This document shows positions 50,535 to 63,430 of a stretch of 64,000 nt of DNA, one piece after another; within the stretch, counting starts at the first letter, position 1; each line of letters opens with the position of its first letter. Location: the NCBI RefSeq assembly GCF_018350175.1, contig NC_058368.1:218862001-218926000 (forward strand), written 5' to 3'. Origin of the DNA: Felis catus. Lineage: Eukaryota. Position numbers and translations under genes: made by a program. Below the pieces are notes generated by a model, which was given only the letters and a program-made list of their open reading frames with translations, did no database searches and was not told the DNA's origin.

Positions 50535-52097
50535 TGTTTGCTTTTTAACAGTTTTATTGAAGTATAATTAATATACAAATAACTGCACATATTTAATATG
50601 TGCAATTTGAATGAGTTTGGACATAGGCAAACACTCATGATGCCATCATCACAATCAAGGCAATAAACATAGCCATCCTTTCCAAAAGTTTTCTTGTGTC
50701 ACTTTTTTTAAAGAACACTCCTCATGAGATCTGCCTTTTTAACAATTATTGAAATGCATAATACCGTATTGTTAACTATAGGCACTATGTTGTACAGGAA
50801 TTATCTAGAATGTATTCATCTAGTGTAACTGAAACTTTATACCCATTAAATAACAACTCTCATTTCCCTCACCCCTAGCCTCTGGTCACCACTATTGCAT
50901 TTTACCTCTATGAGTTTAAATATGTTAGATGCTGCCTCATAAGTGGAATCGTGCAGTATTTGTCCTTCTTTGAGTGGCTTATTTAATGTCATAATGTCCA
51001 CCAGTGCATCAGTGTTTTCACAAGTAACAGGGTTTTCTTCTTTCTCATGGCTAATTAATATTCCATTATGTGTATATACCACTTTTTTTTTAATTCACAC
51101 ATCTGTAAACGGACACTTCGTTGGTTTCCATATCTTGGCTATTGTGAGTAATGCTACAATGAACATGTGAATGCAGATATTTCTTCAGGATCCTGATTTC
51201 AATTCTTTTGGATATATACTGAGAAGTTGGATTGCTGGGTCATATGGTAGTTCTATTTTTTTTTTTTTTTTTAGGAATCTCCAATACCCTTTTTCATAGT
51301 TTCTTCACCATCTTACTTTCCCACCAATAGCACATAGATTCCCTTTTTTCCATAGTCTTGCCAGTAGTTTTATATGTATAAAAGATGGCCATTCAAACAA
51401 GTGTGAGATGATACCTCATTGTGTTTTTGATTTTAATTTCCTTGATAAATAGCTACATTGAGCATCTTTTCATAATACCTGTTGGTTATCTGCATGTCTT
51501 TGGAGAAATGTCTGTTCAAATCCTTTGCTCATTTTTAATTTTTCATTCCTTTGAGTTTTAAGACCTCCTTATATATTTTCAAAATTGAACTCTTGTATGA
51601 CATATGGTTTGCAAATATTTTCTCTTATTTCATAATTTTATTATCTCTCCCTTTCTAATTTTATTATTTTTTTGCTGTGAGGAACTTTTTAATTTTGATG
51701 CATTCCCACTTGTCAGTTTTTGCTTTTGTTATCTCTGCTTTTGGTGTCATACTAACAAATCATTGCAAAACCCAATGGAGAAAAGTGTTTTCCCTGTTTT
51801 ATTCTAGGAATTTTACAGTTTGATTTCTTCCATTAAAGGCTTTATTTATCTATTTTGAGTTGATTTTTGTGTATTGTGTATAGTAAGGATTCAATTCCAT
51901 ATATTTGCAAGTGCATATTCAGTTTTCTCAACATAATTTGTTGAAGAGACTGTCCTTTCCCATTGCATGTTCTTGGAACTCCTGTCAAAGACCATTTTAC
52001 TACATATGTGGGTTTATTTATAGGCTGTCTGATATGTTCTATTACTATGTATTCTTCTTTTATGTCAGTACTGCTCAGTAGTAATTACTCTAGCTTT
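50535..52097 (-). mobile_element. L1MA10/L1MB-like 3' region
   Basis: acagttttattgaagtataatt...tgttaactataggcactatgttgtac...tgttgaagagactgtcctttccccattg. Confidence 0.9.
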
Positions 52098-52290
52098 TCA
52101 CAGCTAACATCATACTCAATGGTGAAAAAGGGAAAGCTTTTCTTCTAAGCTCAGGAACATGGGAAGAATGACCATTCTTTTCACTTTCATTCAATACAGT
52201 AATGGAGGTTAGAGCCAGATAAGTTATGCAAGACAAAGAAATGAAATGAATTAATTAATTAACTTTTAAAAACAACTTAAAAAACTCTAA
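52098..52290 (+). mobile_element. Inverted L1 ORF2 RT fragment joined to the preceding L1
   Basis: cacagctaacatcatactcaatggtgaaaa...tcaggaac...cattcaatacagtaatggagg. Confidence 0.85.
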
Positions 52291-53022
52291 AGGTATTAGT
52301 AATGTATTCTCCTTGAAAGAAAAAAAAGTTAGAAACAAAACATTGTAAAAAGTATAATATACAATAAAATATATAGAAAATTCATTAATAAGACAGATAT
52401 ATTGATATGTATATACAATATCTACATAGATATATATATAGATATATCTAATCATCTAGTTTTTCTGTATTCAGTATTTATTGAATAACTACCATATGCC
52501 AGGTACTGATGATACTATTTGACTGGATAATTAAATAAAACAGAAGTTATCTCTACTTTCATAAGAAATTTAATTCTAGTATGATCAATGTTAAATTCAT
52601 CTTCCCAAAGTAATATATTTGTCACATATCTTACTGAATGTATTTTAGTAATGCCTATATCTGTATACATACACAAAGCCACATATACTTGGGAGTATTT
52701 ACAAATTTACAAAGTTTCATCTGGAACCAAAATTAAGCTTTCTTTAGCTCAACCAAGTATTCTATAATTGTAAAGCTATAACTGTAACTATATTAAATAT
52801 ATGCATATATAAACATATATGTTTATGTGTCTAATTGCTGTATGTAATAATTTTCTTCTAAAGTCCAACTGAAAACTGTTCTTCTTACATTATATATATG
52901 CATGTATAGGGTGGGTGCTGCCCACAATGACAACGTGTGAACAAAGTTATTTAGGAAAGGTAATAGATAAGTTACTGGAGGATAGATAAGAGATGAAATC
53001 AGTTATGCAAGATGGGACAATT

Positions 53023-53250
53023 GGGGCACCTGGGTGGTTCAGTCTGTTGGGCATCTGACTTTGGCTCAGGTCATGATCTCAAGTTTCCTAAGTTGGAGCC
53101 CTGCATCAGGCTCTGTGCTGACAGCTCAGAGCCAGAAGTTTGTTTCAGATTCCATGTCTCCCTCTCTCTCTGCCCCTCCACCGTCACACTCTGTCTCTCT
53201 CTGTCTCTCAAAAATAAATAAACATTGAAAAAAACTTTGAGAAAAAAAAA
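53023..53250 (+). mobile_element. Can-SINE
   Basis: Perfect TSD aagatgggacaatt. Confidence 0.97.
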
Positions 53251-54096
53251 GATGGGACAATTTGTGGAAGAGTCCTATTCATAAGCTTCAATTTGATTGT
53301 TTAGAAAATTGTTCAAAGTTCTGCATCAGAAATGAAAGAAGAAAATCATACAGGGTGAATGTTGAACGTCCACATGGGCATAGTCTCACAGAAGCCTGAA
53401 AAATCTGAAATAATTATGATTAAATTTGAAATATACATTTCTTAGGTGGAATTATAGTTCTGAGTTTATATACAAGGTGTTGATTTGAACCAAATGCTAA
53501 AAAATTCACAAAGGTTTTGAGTGTGTTGTATTGTCTACAGACTGAACCACTTGGAATAATATCAGCAATGAGTTTTTAATGTTTTACTTCTGGGCCCCAA
53601 ATGTCCATATTCAGGAAGCACACATACTAAGCAGAGCACCCTCTTTAACGTCCTCATCAGAAGTGGCTAGAGAGGGTGACTCTGGGTGGATGCCCAGAGG
53701 ATGGAAGGACAATGGAGGGGTGGAGCAAAAGTTGTGGAGAACTGAGGTGCCGACACTCTTAAAGCTTTCTTTTCCATTTATTTCCAAGACACCACTATCT
53801 TCTAGTTTTCCTTTTGGGTGATTGCTCCCCAGTATGTTTGGTATGTACTTGTTTCTTGCCTGAATCTCAAGTTTTATGTTCCCAAACATATTTTCTCACT
53901 TTTTAGACTTTCCCTGACTTATCTCAGGCACTGTATGGCTTCATCTACCATATACATTGGGTTGAATCTCAAAAAGTAGCTCCACCTAACCTACTTCCAA
54001 GTATACATATTCACTTGAATACATAAAAAGGAGCTTAATGTCAAGACTTACAAAATTGTATTTGATACCCCTTCTTCCCTCTGAACTCCTTCTTCT

Positions 54097-54122
54097 ACAC
54101 ACACACACACACACACACACAC
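54097..54122. repeat. (CA)n microsatellite
   Basis: Direct reading. Confidence 0.97.
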
Positions 54123-54249
54123 CCAAAACCATGTACACTCATACCCAGAAACTCAAGTACATGCAAAGTCATGCAGACTAAATAATGCAAATATTTAATG
54201 GGCCTCTTCACATATTCTCTAGTTCATTGAATGACAAATAGTAAACATG

Positions 54250-54468
54250 TTTTATGTTTTTAAATGTTTATTTTTGAGAGAGAGAGAGAGAGAGAGAGAG
54301 AGCAAGAGAAGGGAGAGGCAGAGAGAGAGGGAGACACAGAATCTGAAGGAGGTTTCAGGCTCTGAGCTCTCAGCACAGAGCCTGATACAGGGCTTGAACT
54401 CCCGGACCGCAAGATCATGACCTGAGCTAATGTTAGTAGCTTAACCGACTGAGCCACTCAGGTGCCCC
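54250..54468 (-). mobile_element. Can-SINE
   Basis: TSD tagtaaacatgt / tagtaaagatgt. Confidence 0.96.
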
Positions 54469-55116
54469 TAGTAAAGATGTGTTAGATTAATGTTTTTAAT
54501 TCATTTTAACAGTCAATATGTTAATTTTAGCGGAAATCGCAGCAGAACAAATGGAAAGTTAATGATGTTTGGAATAGAAGTAGAAAAGTGTATATAGAGA
54601 AAAGCGCTTCTCCAACATGTTTGGTAGAGGGAGGGGTGTATATGTTTGAAAAAGTATTGCATTCATGATTAAAATCAGAAACACTTAATGATCTTAAAAC
54701 CCAATATAAAATAAGATTGAAATGAATAAAATGAGATTTCTGAGGATATAAAGAGAAGTATTTATCCATCAGAATACTTCTGGGAAGAAATTTTCTGGTG
54801 GTCTCACAGGTGGAAAAGATTAGTACATTTATGTTTATATTATGCCAGAAAAATAATGCTATGTATGATTCTTCAAATAAAACATGTGTAACAAGTCTTA
54901 GCCTATAATTATGGTGACTTTAAGTAACCACATAATAATTTATTTGACTATTATATGTTTATTTAGTAGATTAAAAATTTTAGTTTCTCAGAGTTATACT
55001 TTTATTGACATGCAAAAACTATTCAAATGAAAGTTTTAAAATAAATGGATAAAGCAACTGAATAATCTTGACTGCAATGTTACAGGTAAAATGTCTTTTA
55101 AAATTTTTTGTTATTT

Positions 55117-55327
55117 GGGGCGCCTGGGTGGCACAGTCGGTTAAGTGTCCAACTTCAGCCAGGTCACGATCTCGCGGTCCGGGAGTTCGAGCCCCGCGTC
55201 GGGCTCTGGGCTGATGGCTCAGAGCCTGGAGCCTGTTTCCGATTCTGTGTCTCCCTCTCTCTCTGCCCCTCCCCCGTTCATGCTCTGTCTCTCTCTGTCC
55301 CAAAAATAAATAAACGTTGAAAAAAAA
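55117..55327 (+). mobile_element. Young felid SINE (SINEC_Fc type)
   Basis: cagccaggtcacgatctcgcggtccgggagttcgagccccgcgtcgggctctgggctgatgg; CpGs intact; TSD about ttgttattt. Confidence 0.97.
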
Positions 55328-55515
55328 TTGTTATTTTCATGTCTGATATTTCACTTTGCAATAGATTATAAATTAGTCATCAATTATATATTTTTCACAT
55401 AACAATCTGTAATATACCATATGAAATATAGCAAAAATTAATCAAATACAGAATTATAGTGATAGAAAGTTTTTGGATTATTTTAAAGTCCACTTGTCTG
55501 TTTTTAAGCCTGACA

Positions 55516-55749
55516 TCTATTTATTCATTCATTTTATTTTGAGAGAGAGAGAGAGAGAGAGAGAGAAGAGAGCACACGCACTCCCGCACACACATGTGTG
55601 CAAGTGGAGGAGGGGCAGAGAGAGAGGGAGAGAATCTTAAGCATCCAGCTTGGAACCCAACATGGACCTCCATCTGATAAGCCTAAATTCATGACCTCAG
55701 TCAAAATCAAGAGTCTGGCACTTAACCAACTGAGCCATCCAAGCGCCCC
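55516..55749 (-). mobile_element. Can-SINE (older subfamily)
   Basis: Antisense SINE ...aaatcaagagtctggcacttaaccaactgagccatccaagcgcccc. Confidence 0.9.
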
Positions 55750-55974
55750 AAGGCTTACATTTTTAAAAGATATTTTTCAGAGGCTTGTAAATTTATGAGA
55801 AGGAAAAAAATAAAGTATAAAATGAGAAAACTTTGAAATCACTCAGGCTAATATCCCTGTTGTGATTAATCATGATCGTTGAATTGTCTGTCAATCCTGG
55901 CAAAATTGAGGTACTTTGGCATTGCTATAGACACTTCAGAACACACTGATTTCTCTGAAAGATGAATATATTGG

Positions 55975-56390
55975 ATTTTATTTTTTTTAAATTTACATCC
56001 AAATTAGTTAGCATATAGTGAAACAATGATTTCAGGAGTAGATTCCTTAGTGCCCCTTACCCATTTATCCCATCCTCCCTCCCACAACCCCTCCTGTAAC
56101 TCAGTTTGTTCTCCATATTTATGAGTCTCTTCTGTTTTGTCCCCTTCCCTGTTTTTATATTATTTTTGTTTCCCTTCCCTTATGTTTATCTGTTTTGTCT
56201 CTTAAAGTCCTCATATGAGTGAAGTCATATGATTTTTGTGTTTCTCTGACTAATTTCACTTAACAGAATACTGTCCAGTTCCATTCACGTAGTTGCAAAT
56301 GGCAAGATTCCATTCTTTTTGATTGCGAATAATAACTCCATTGTATGTGTGTGTATATATATATCACATCTTCTTTATCCATTCATCCAT
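55975..56390 (-). mobile_element. Felid/carnivore L1 3' end, 5'-truncated
   Basis: aaatttacatccaaattagttagcatatagtg...gatttcaggagtagattcc...tagttgcaaatggcaagatt...ttctttatccattcatcc. Confidence 0.9.
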
Positions 56391-58405
56391 TTAAGACAAA
56401 CTCACTTCGTGGGTTCTTACAAAAAAGGAAAAAAAATATTGAACAGCACAAAAAAACCTTGAACAACATTATGGTTCATATCTTCAATGATCATTTCATA
56501 GAAAACATAAGGTATTTTGCATAGAACCATTGTGAACCAAAACTCAATTAGTTGAATATATTTCATTAGATGGACTTACATGTCACTGATTTATATTGAC
56601 AGCAATCATAAAATGTGACAAGCTGCATGGGCAGCACATCCACTAAACTATCTTGTTTGAAGGCCATTTTTCTATAGACTTGGATAAAGAATTGTATTAA
56701 CAGTCAGTTTAAGCTAAAACACACAGAAGAGCTGGACAACACCATTCTTGTGTTGCATTTAAAAGTTTTTTCAGGTAACAATTTTGACCTCTATTCTGAA
56801 AGTCGAAAAGCTTTATTAATTCTTCAGATGGGAAGAGCAACTTTGAAGGTGAGACAGATTGATGTTTCTGGCCAAGAAAAACATTTTTATCAATACAAGC
56901 TCTGAATTTGCTGAATTCTGTGAAATGTGTGGTTTATGTGAATGAATTTTGAATTGGACTCAAGAATACACAAAATATCACTATTTTCTTTGGAAAATAG
57001 CAAGACAAAGTATAAGAGCCATCTAGATTGGTAGAATATCTAATATAAGAAGTACCCCCTATCCAGCTGCCTACAGAGCAATCCCAAAGGGCTTACTGAA
57101 GAATAAACCCTTATATAGCTGAAATAATCTCCAATTGATTGAACTACTTCGAGTTTATTATCAAGATAATTTGAGTTTTTTATTTCTATCCTTAATGACA
57201 GGTGATCATATATTGTTCTTGTAAATTCTACCTACAGGTTTTTAAATATGAGTTAAAAAGAGAAAGATGAGAAATGTTTTTCTACCATTTGAGACTGAAC
57301 TATAACCATTCTTGCCATGCCCATTCTTTTCAATATAATAATAATGAATAGAGTAAATCGTAAGGCTGCTTAGTATACATTCATGCTTATTACGTGCATG
57401 CATTGTTCCCAAAAACCTTTAAGAAAGTAATATTATTATAATTATTCTTATTTTATGGATGATGGAACTAAGGAACTATTTCATGGAAGATTATATATCA
57501 AGGCAGATACCCTGCCTTGGATGGAGATTGTGTTGTGAGTCTTGTACCAACTGCTATAGTTGTAAATAAGGAATTAACTTTTCCATAGTCTTATAAATAG
57601 TAAATGGCAAAGCTGGATTCAAAACTATGTCTTTTTAATTCAAAACAAATGCACAAACTATTACACAATAATGTCTCCCACATAATTGGCAGTATTATAT
57701 ATACATTGGACCTATTTTGTATTTATATTACCCAGATCAGAACTGATTTGGAAAGTGATAAATAGTGATTGATTGCAATAGTATCAATAGCTCTGTATGA
57801 AGGTTCCTTTAAAAGATTATGTACCTGCAGTATTATAGACAGATGAGGTTAATTACATCCATTTATTTAAAAATTTTCATTTGAATTGTTTCTGTATTTG
57901 AGGAATTTGAACAATTAAAAATATGTTCCTTTATAATTTGCAAGAAAGTTTCGGATATGTCATAAGTATTGCATAGTGCCATTCAAATTTAATTTGAGAA
58001 ATTAAATTAAAAGTTTAACAAAGATTGGTGTCTACTGCTTATGACAGGGCAATTTTTTTTTTCTTTTGCTGCAAAAAAATAGCTCCTTGGAGTCCTTCAT
58101 TCAATTTAAAGTATTTAATCAAATAAGAACATGTAAGGTGTTAATCAAATTGGAAAATTCTAGAAAGGTTTTCCCATTGAGAATGTACCTATGGTCATAT
58201 TGACAGAGTTAATGAGATTTGGATACCTGGGTATAAAATCTCTTATGAAGGGGGAAAAATGTGTCAGACCCCTGAAGGATTTTAGTATACATTTGCCAAA
58301 ACCAATGGATGTAAATAGATTAAAAGCCTCATTCCCCATTTTACATGATCATTTATTTCTAAGAGTAGTTACATAGTTTGTACAATGAGACATTGCACAT
58401 ATATG

Positions 58406-58408
<3 letters not shown>

Positions 58409-58456
<48 letters not shown>

Positions 58457-58457
58457 A
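58409..58457. repeat. (CA)n microsatellite
   Basis: Direct reading. Confidence 0.98.
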
Positions 58458-59747
58458 TACTCCACACATCTCCCCAGGGAAACATTTTCATTTTAAATGG
58501 TATTACTGAGATCCAAGTTATAATGACAAACATTATGTAAATCACTTAGCAAATGAATTAAGTGAATTACTCAAGGTCAAAGATATCTAGGACTGGAACC
58601 TAAGCTTTTAGCTAAGTTTATGTATTATTTGTTGTTTGTGCTAAATAAATGCTATTGACTTAGACCTCACATTTTCATTTAGATTTTTTCTCTTGTTTGT
58701 TTTCTTTTTGTATATAAAATAATTACATCAAAATATTTAAAAAAATTCACACAGTGAAAATATAACCCAACAAGTTAATATTTGTCCTTTTTAATATTAA
58801 ATTCCTGCTTATGAGTAAAGAGATAAAAAGTATGTGACATATAGCCACAGATATGAAAGATAATAAAATCACATAAAATAATATGATGTGCAACCCTGAA
58901 CAAATGCATTTTAAAAGCAAATGGGTGCTTTTAAAGTGTAACATAAATTTAAAAAATTAACTTAAAAAACAGTTTTGACTTCATTCAAAATGTTCCCTAA
59001 CATAGAAAATATTAAAAAACCTTACCCAATGTTTTTACAAAACAAGCATAACTCAGTGCAAAGAACACTATAGATAAATTTTACTTCGAATATATGCCAA
59101 AATACAAATAAAATATTAGAAAACTAAACCATGCAGTAGTACTCAAATCAAAATGAATCAAGACAAACAAGGTTTATTCCAGGAATAAGGTAATCTATCA
59201 TTACAAAAACCTATCAGCATTATTTATTTATTTTTTATTTCCATGTTTTAGAGATACTTTGTCTTAGTCAATAAGAACACTGAAAATTATAAAAGAAAAT
59301 GAGATATAGTCCCAATTGAGGTGAAAGGTGAAAAGTCTAAATGTGCATAGTGCAGGGAAAATTACCCACACTTTATTTGTAAAAGATTAAAGCATTTGGA
59401 AGTGTGAGTGAAAAATCAGAAGCATCAATGTAAACTCAGGACCAAAAATTAAAAAATAAAAAGTTACATGTTTCGTCAAAATGTAAATGATGGCAGTTTT
59501 AGATGTAGCCTTTCAATCTATTTTCCATGAGTTCCCATATTAAAAAAAATAAATATGAATTATCAGATTTTGATCTTCAGCATTATTTCTGAATTTAAAA
59601 AACGTAAACTGTTTCGGAGTAGCAGATTCCATGCTATTGCAGGAAATTTCCATCTTTTCCATGCAAAAGTAAATGTCTCCATTAGCCAATTTTATTCACA
59701 CACATTAGTTATGAAGAGAGAGTTGTAAGTTAGAAGCTTGTGGTTTT

Positions 59748-59973
59748 GGGGCGCCTACGTGGCTCAGTCGGTTGAGCGACCAACTTAGGCTCAGGTCATG
59801 ATCTCACGGTTTGTGAGTTCGAGCCCCACGTCAGGCTCTGTGCTGACACCTAGGAGCCTGGAGCCTGCTTTGGATTGTGTCTCCCTCTCTCTCTGCCCCT
59901 TCCCCACTCATGCTGTGTCTCTCTCTGTCTCATAAATAAATAAACATTAAAAAAATAATAATAATTAAAAAAA
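59748..59973 (+). mobile_element. Can-SINE
   Basis: SINE head, (CT)n, tail; TSD about tggttt. Confidence 0.96.
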
Positions 59974-60775
59974 AGTATGGTTTCATGTCTGATTTACTTA
60001 AGGAAGAGGGCAAAAATAGTGGGAGAATTGAAACTCTTAGCAAAAAAGTAGTAAGTACTTTGAGTATTTCACAGACAAGGGTCCCTTCTCTGTTTTTGGG
60101 AAATTGAATATTAGTCACAGTGCTGAGATTTAGTCACTGCACTGGGGTTCTGGAGAGCCACTATCAAACCTCTGAAGAGTTCTAGGTGCTAGGTAGGTAT
60201 TACTTGCTCCAGTGCTCAGAGCTCCACCGCCCAGTGCATTCACTCTGTGCCTCCCACAAGTCACAATTTCTCCTCTTTTGTTTTTGTGTGATTTTAATAT
60301 TCCCCAAGCAGCCTCCAGACATCCTGTGCTACTTGGTCTGTCCAAGTTATTTCCCCTGACACCAATTACATTTTTTTAGTACTCTGTTTACATAGCTGCG
60401 TAGGTTTTGGCCAGTGCCATTTTCCCCATAAGCCTTGGGATTGTTAGCAGTGATTTTGCAGAATACAAGGTATATCAAAAACATGTAGATTGCATTCTAA
60501 GGGATATGCCTGTTCTGACGATAGTGCTGGAATACCTTGTCCCAGAAAACAAAAATGCTTTCAAAAACAAGAGGGATATATCTAAATGTTAAAGGAACTA
60601 GTGTTGATAATTGACTAGGCAGTGATAACGAACAGTAAGATAAAATAAAAATTAGAATTATTTGGAATATAGTGACACAATGAAAACCCAATACTGCAGT
60701 ATATTTAAATTAAAAAATAATAAAAACGTATGGAAAATGTATGTATGGACATACTTATTAGTATTAAACATATTT

Positions 60776-60985
60776 ATTTTTTAATGTTTTTAATGTTTAT
60801 TCATTTTTGAGAGACAGAGTGTTAGTGGGGCAGAGGCAGAGAGAGAGGGAGACACAAAATCAGAAGCAAGGTCCGGGCCCTGAGCTGTCAGCACAGAGTC
60901 AGATGCAGGGCTCAAACCATGGATAGGGAGATCATGACCTGAGCTGAAGTCAGACGTGTATCCAACTGAGCCACCCAGACACCCC
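60776..60985 (-). mobile_element. Can-SINE
   Basis: TSD tagtattaaacatattta / tagtattagacatattta. Confidence 0.96.
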
Positions 60986-62429
60986 ATAGTATTAGACATA
61001 TTTAAAAACATTTATTCATTCCAATAATTGTGTAAAGTCATTATCAGTTTATATGTGGCTCTGGTTATGCCATAATATTAAACATTAGCCTCTATTAAAA
61101 AGCAAAACAAAACAAAACAAAACAAAAAAACAACTATGGTTTACAAATATCTTTCTCACCAAAAAGAGAAGGGTAAATAAAAGGAACTGTGAATAAGCCA
61201 GACTGCTCTGGTAAAAGTAGAGCCCGCTCTAGACGCAGAAGGGCTTGTCAGCTTCATTTTCTACAAAGCGATCAGGTAGAGACCAGTCCCCAAATCTGAT
61301 GGAAGACAGTCCTTGATCTGTTGTCTGGAGGAAAACAGCTTTTGCTTATCCAAACTCTGGATTCTTAGGGGATTCAAACTCTGGACCACCCTTTAAATTA
61401 TAGTATGTGGTGCTACTAGGAAAGCATGTTTCTAAATATTAAAGGAATGTCGGAAATAAAGAATATTCGACTTGGTGGATGTGGGTACATGCAGAAAAAG
61501 CTTCAGGTTTCAAGGAAATGCATGTATTTGGAATGTTCTTTTGACATAAGAAAGTAATGTTATGTTTAAAATTGGCCTAGAACAACATTCTTATGAAGAT
61601 TATTGAGAAGTCTAGAAGGGATAAGCAGAATTCCTGTTTGAATTAGAAATCAATTAATTGACAAACTGCAATCCATAACCAGGCAGAAATAGTATGCTCT
61701 TTTTTTTTTAAATTTCTAGTTCTGGGGTTATTATTTTATCCTTGGAAAGTGTGACAAGAAGTATGAATATAATGAGGAAAGAAATATATAATGTATATTG
61801 CAATCTCTTTAAATAGTGTAGAAAAAATTAACTTTTAGTTGTTTAATTATTTCTGTACTATAGTATTGGGGGCACTTGGGAGTCGTTGAAATAGTAAAAT
61901 TAGTAGAAGAAAATGTCAAAGTGCTTTTTAAGATAACTATTCCTATCAAAGTGAAAACAATTCTCATTGGTGTTTTTTTAAGACCTTTAGAACACATTTA
62001 TTTACAAATAAATTAAGCATTAAACAAACTAAAAGCATTAGTAGCTATCTTCAACACAAGCCTCATGGATAGGCAAATGAGTTAATTGTATGTACCACAA
62101 TTTCCAGTTGTGTTTATATCACTGTTTTTCCTTTCTTCCTAGTGTCACATTTTTTCTGTCTAATATTAGGTATTTCTGACTTACAGTAGGCATGTCAATA
62201 ATATTTTTGAAGTATATGAGAGAAAGGAATTAAAGTGGGGAAAACAAACAATTATTGAAATTTATTACATACTTTGTCAGCAGTAAATAAAATTTCTATA
62301 GACTTAAGTTTTGGAAAGATCTCAGTAAAACAGGTATAGAAAAATACTGATAAACCAGAATTAGAAATGTGTAGATAGGTAGATATATATATGTAGGGGA
62401 ATATGATTCATTAAGAATCTGCCATTGCA

Positions 62430-63430
62430 AGTAATTAAATGGCTCTGAGATAGTTGGCTGTCCATTTGAGAGGATGGAGTCTAGTCTTGACCTCAAACTA
62501 TCTCAAATGTATTTCAATGGATTAAAAAACAAAACAAGAACAAACAAAACATTCAAAAATAAAATTGAGCATAAAGAAGAATATATTTCCAGTGACTTGC
62601 TTTTGAAAAGTTCTTAAATGAATGCAAAGGCCCAGATGTGAAGGCGAAAGTTGACAGATTTTACTACACAAATTTGTACGTTTGTCTCTCTATATTTGAC
62701 CACACTACAATATGTACAATATAAGATTGAGAGAAAATACCCACCGCACTTATAATAGGGTATCTGTGTTCCTAAAAGAGAGTTTCTACAAACTAATTTT
62801 AAAAGTATACAAACAGTATACAGAGATGTGAGGGCGATCCAGCTGCAACATCTGTCACCCCATTGGTCGCCAGTTGATGAGGTTGATCTGGCTGGTTAGG
62901 CAGGTTTCCCCTTCCTCTTTCACTATGAAGCTGCACATAAAGATGTCTAAGATGACAACCTTCCCTGATAGTGAAGGACCATTTCTTGGTCAAGGGTATA
63001 TAAGTAGCTGTGCTCCCCAGCCAGAACCTCCAAACAAGTTCTCAAGGTCCATTTGTAGGAGAAGGGAGGATAGTCAAGCTTCCACAAACTTAAACCAACA
63101 AAAAATGGTATATGAACAAATAATGCCAGGAGATAAAGACAACTGGCAAGAATTATTGTTAATGTCACTAATGATTAAATACATTCAAATTAACGTTGTT
63201 ATAATTTTTTATATATCAGTTTATAAAAGGTAAATTATTGAGAACATTCAGTAATAGATGAGAACATAAAGAAAATATATTCCCATGCAGTGTAGGTGTA
63301 TGTAAAAATATCAGTTAAGTCTATTATGAAAATGTATTTCCATTTATGAAAATTAAATGTGCATCACTGCTCATCCAGAATCCACTCAATACCATTCACC
63401 AAAATATGGCTTATACTATACAAAAATTTA
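62430..63430 (+). mobile_element. Old L1 (L1ME-like) ORF2 3' fragment hosting the 7SK copy
   Basis: aaatgtatttcaatggattaaa, gttgacagattttactac, cactaatgattaaatacattcaaattaa-like motifs; very diverged. Confidence 0.55.
62824..63084 (+). pseudogene. RN7SKP: 7SK snRNA retropseudogene (RN7SK-derived), 3'-truncated
   Basis: gatgtgagggcgatc..gctgcaacatctgtcaccccattg..cgccag...ggtcaagggtata...agaacctccaaacaag.tctcaaggtccatttgtaggagaa...tagtcaagcttcca is colinear with 7SK nt 1 to about 280; CpG decay; internal deletion. Confidence 0.95.

Noticed and set aside
1562..61011. Many similar short ORFs (MAQSVKRLTSAQVMIS...SGSVLTAQSLEPASDSVSPSLS) that look like a dispersed gene family or array
   Set aside because: All are translations of Can-SINE copies with TSDs and A tails; they are not genes and not a CRISPR-like array.
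62874..63233. 119-aa ORF
   Set aside because: Chance read-through of the 7SK pseudogene into degenerate L1.
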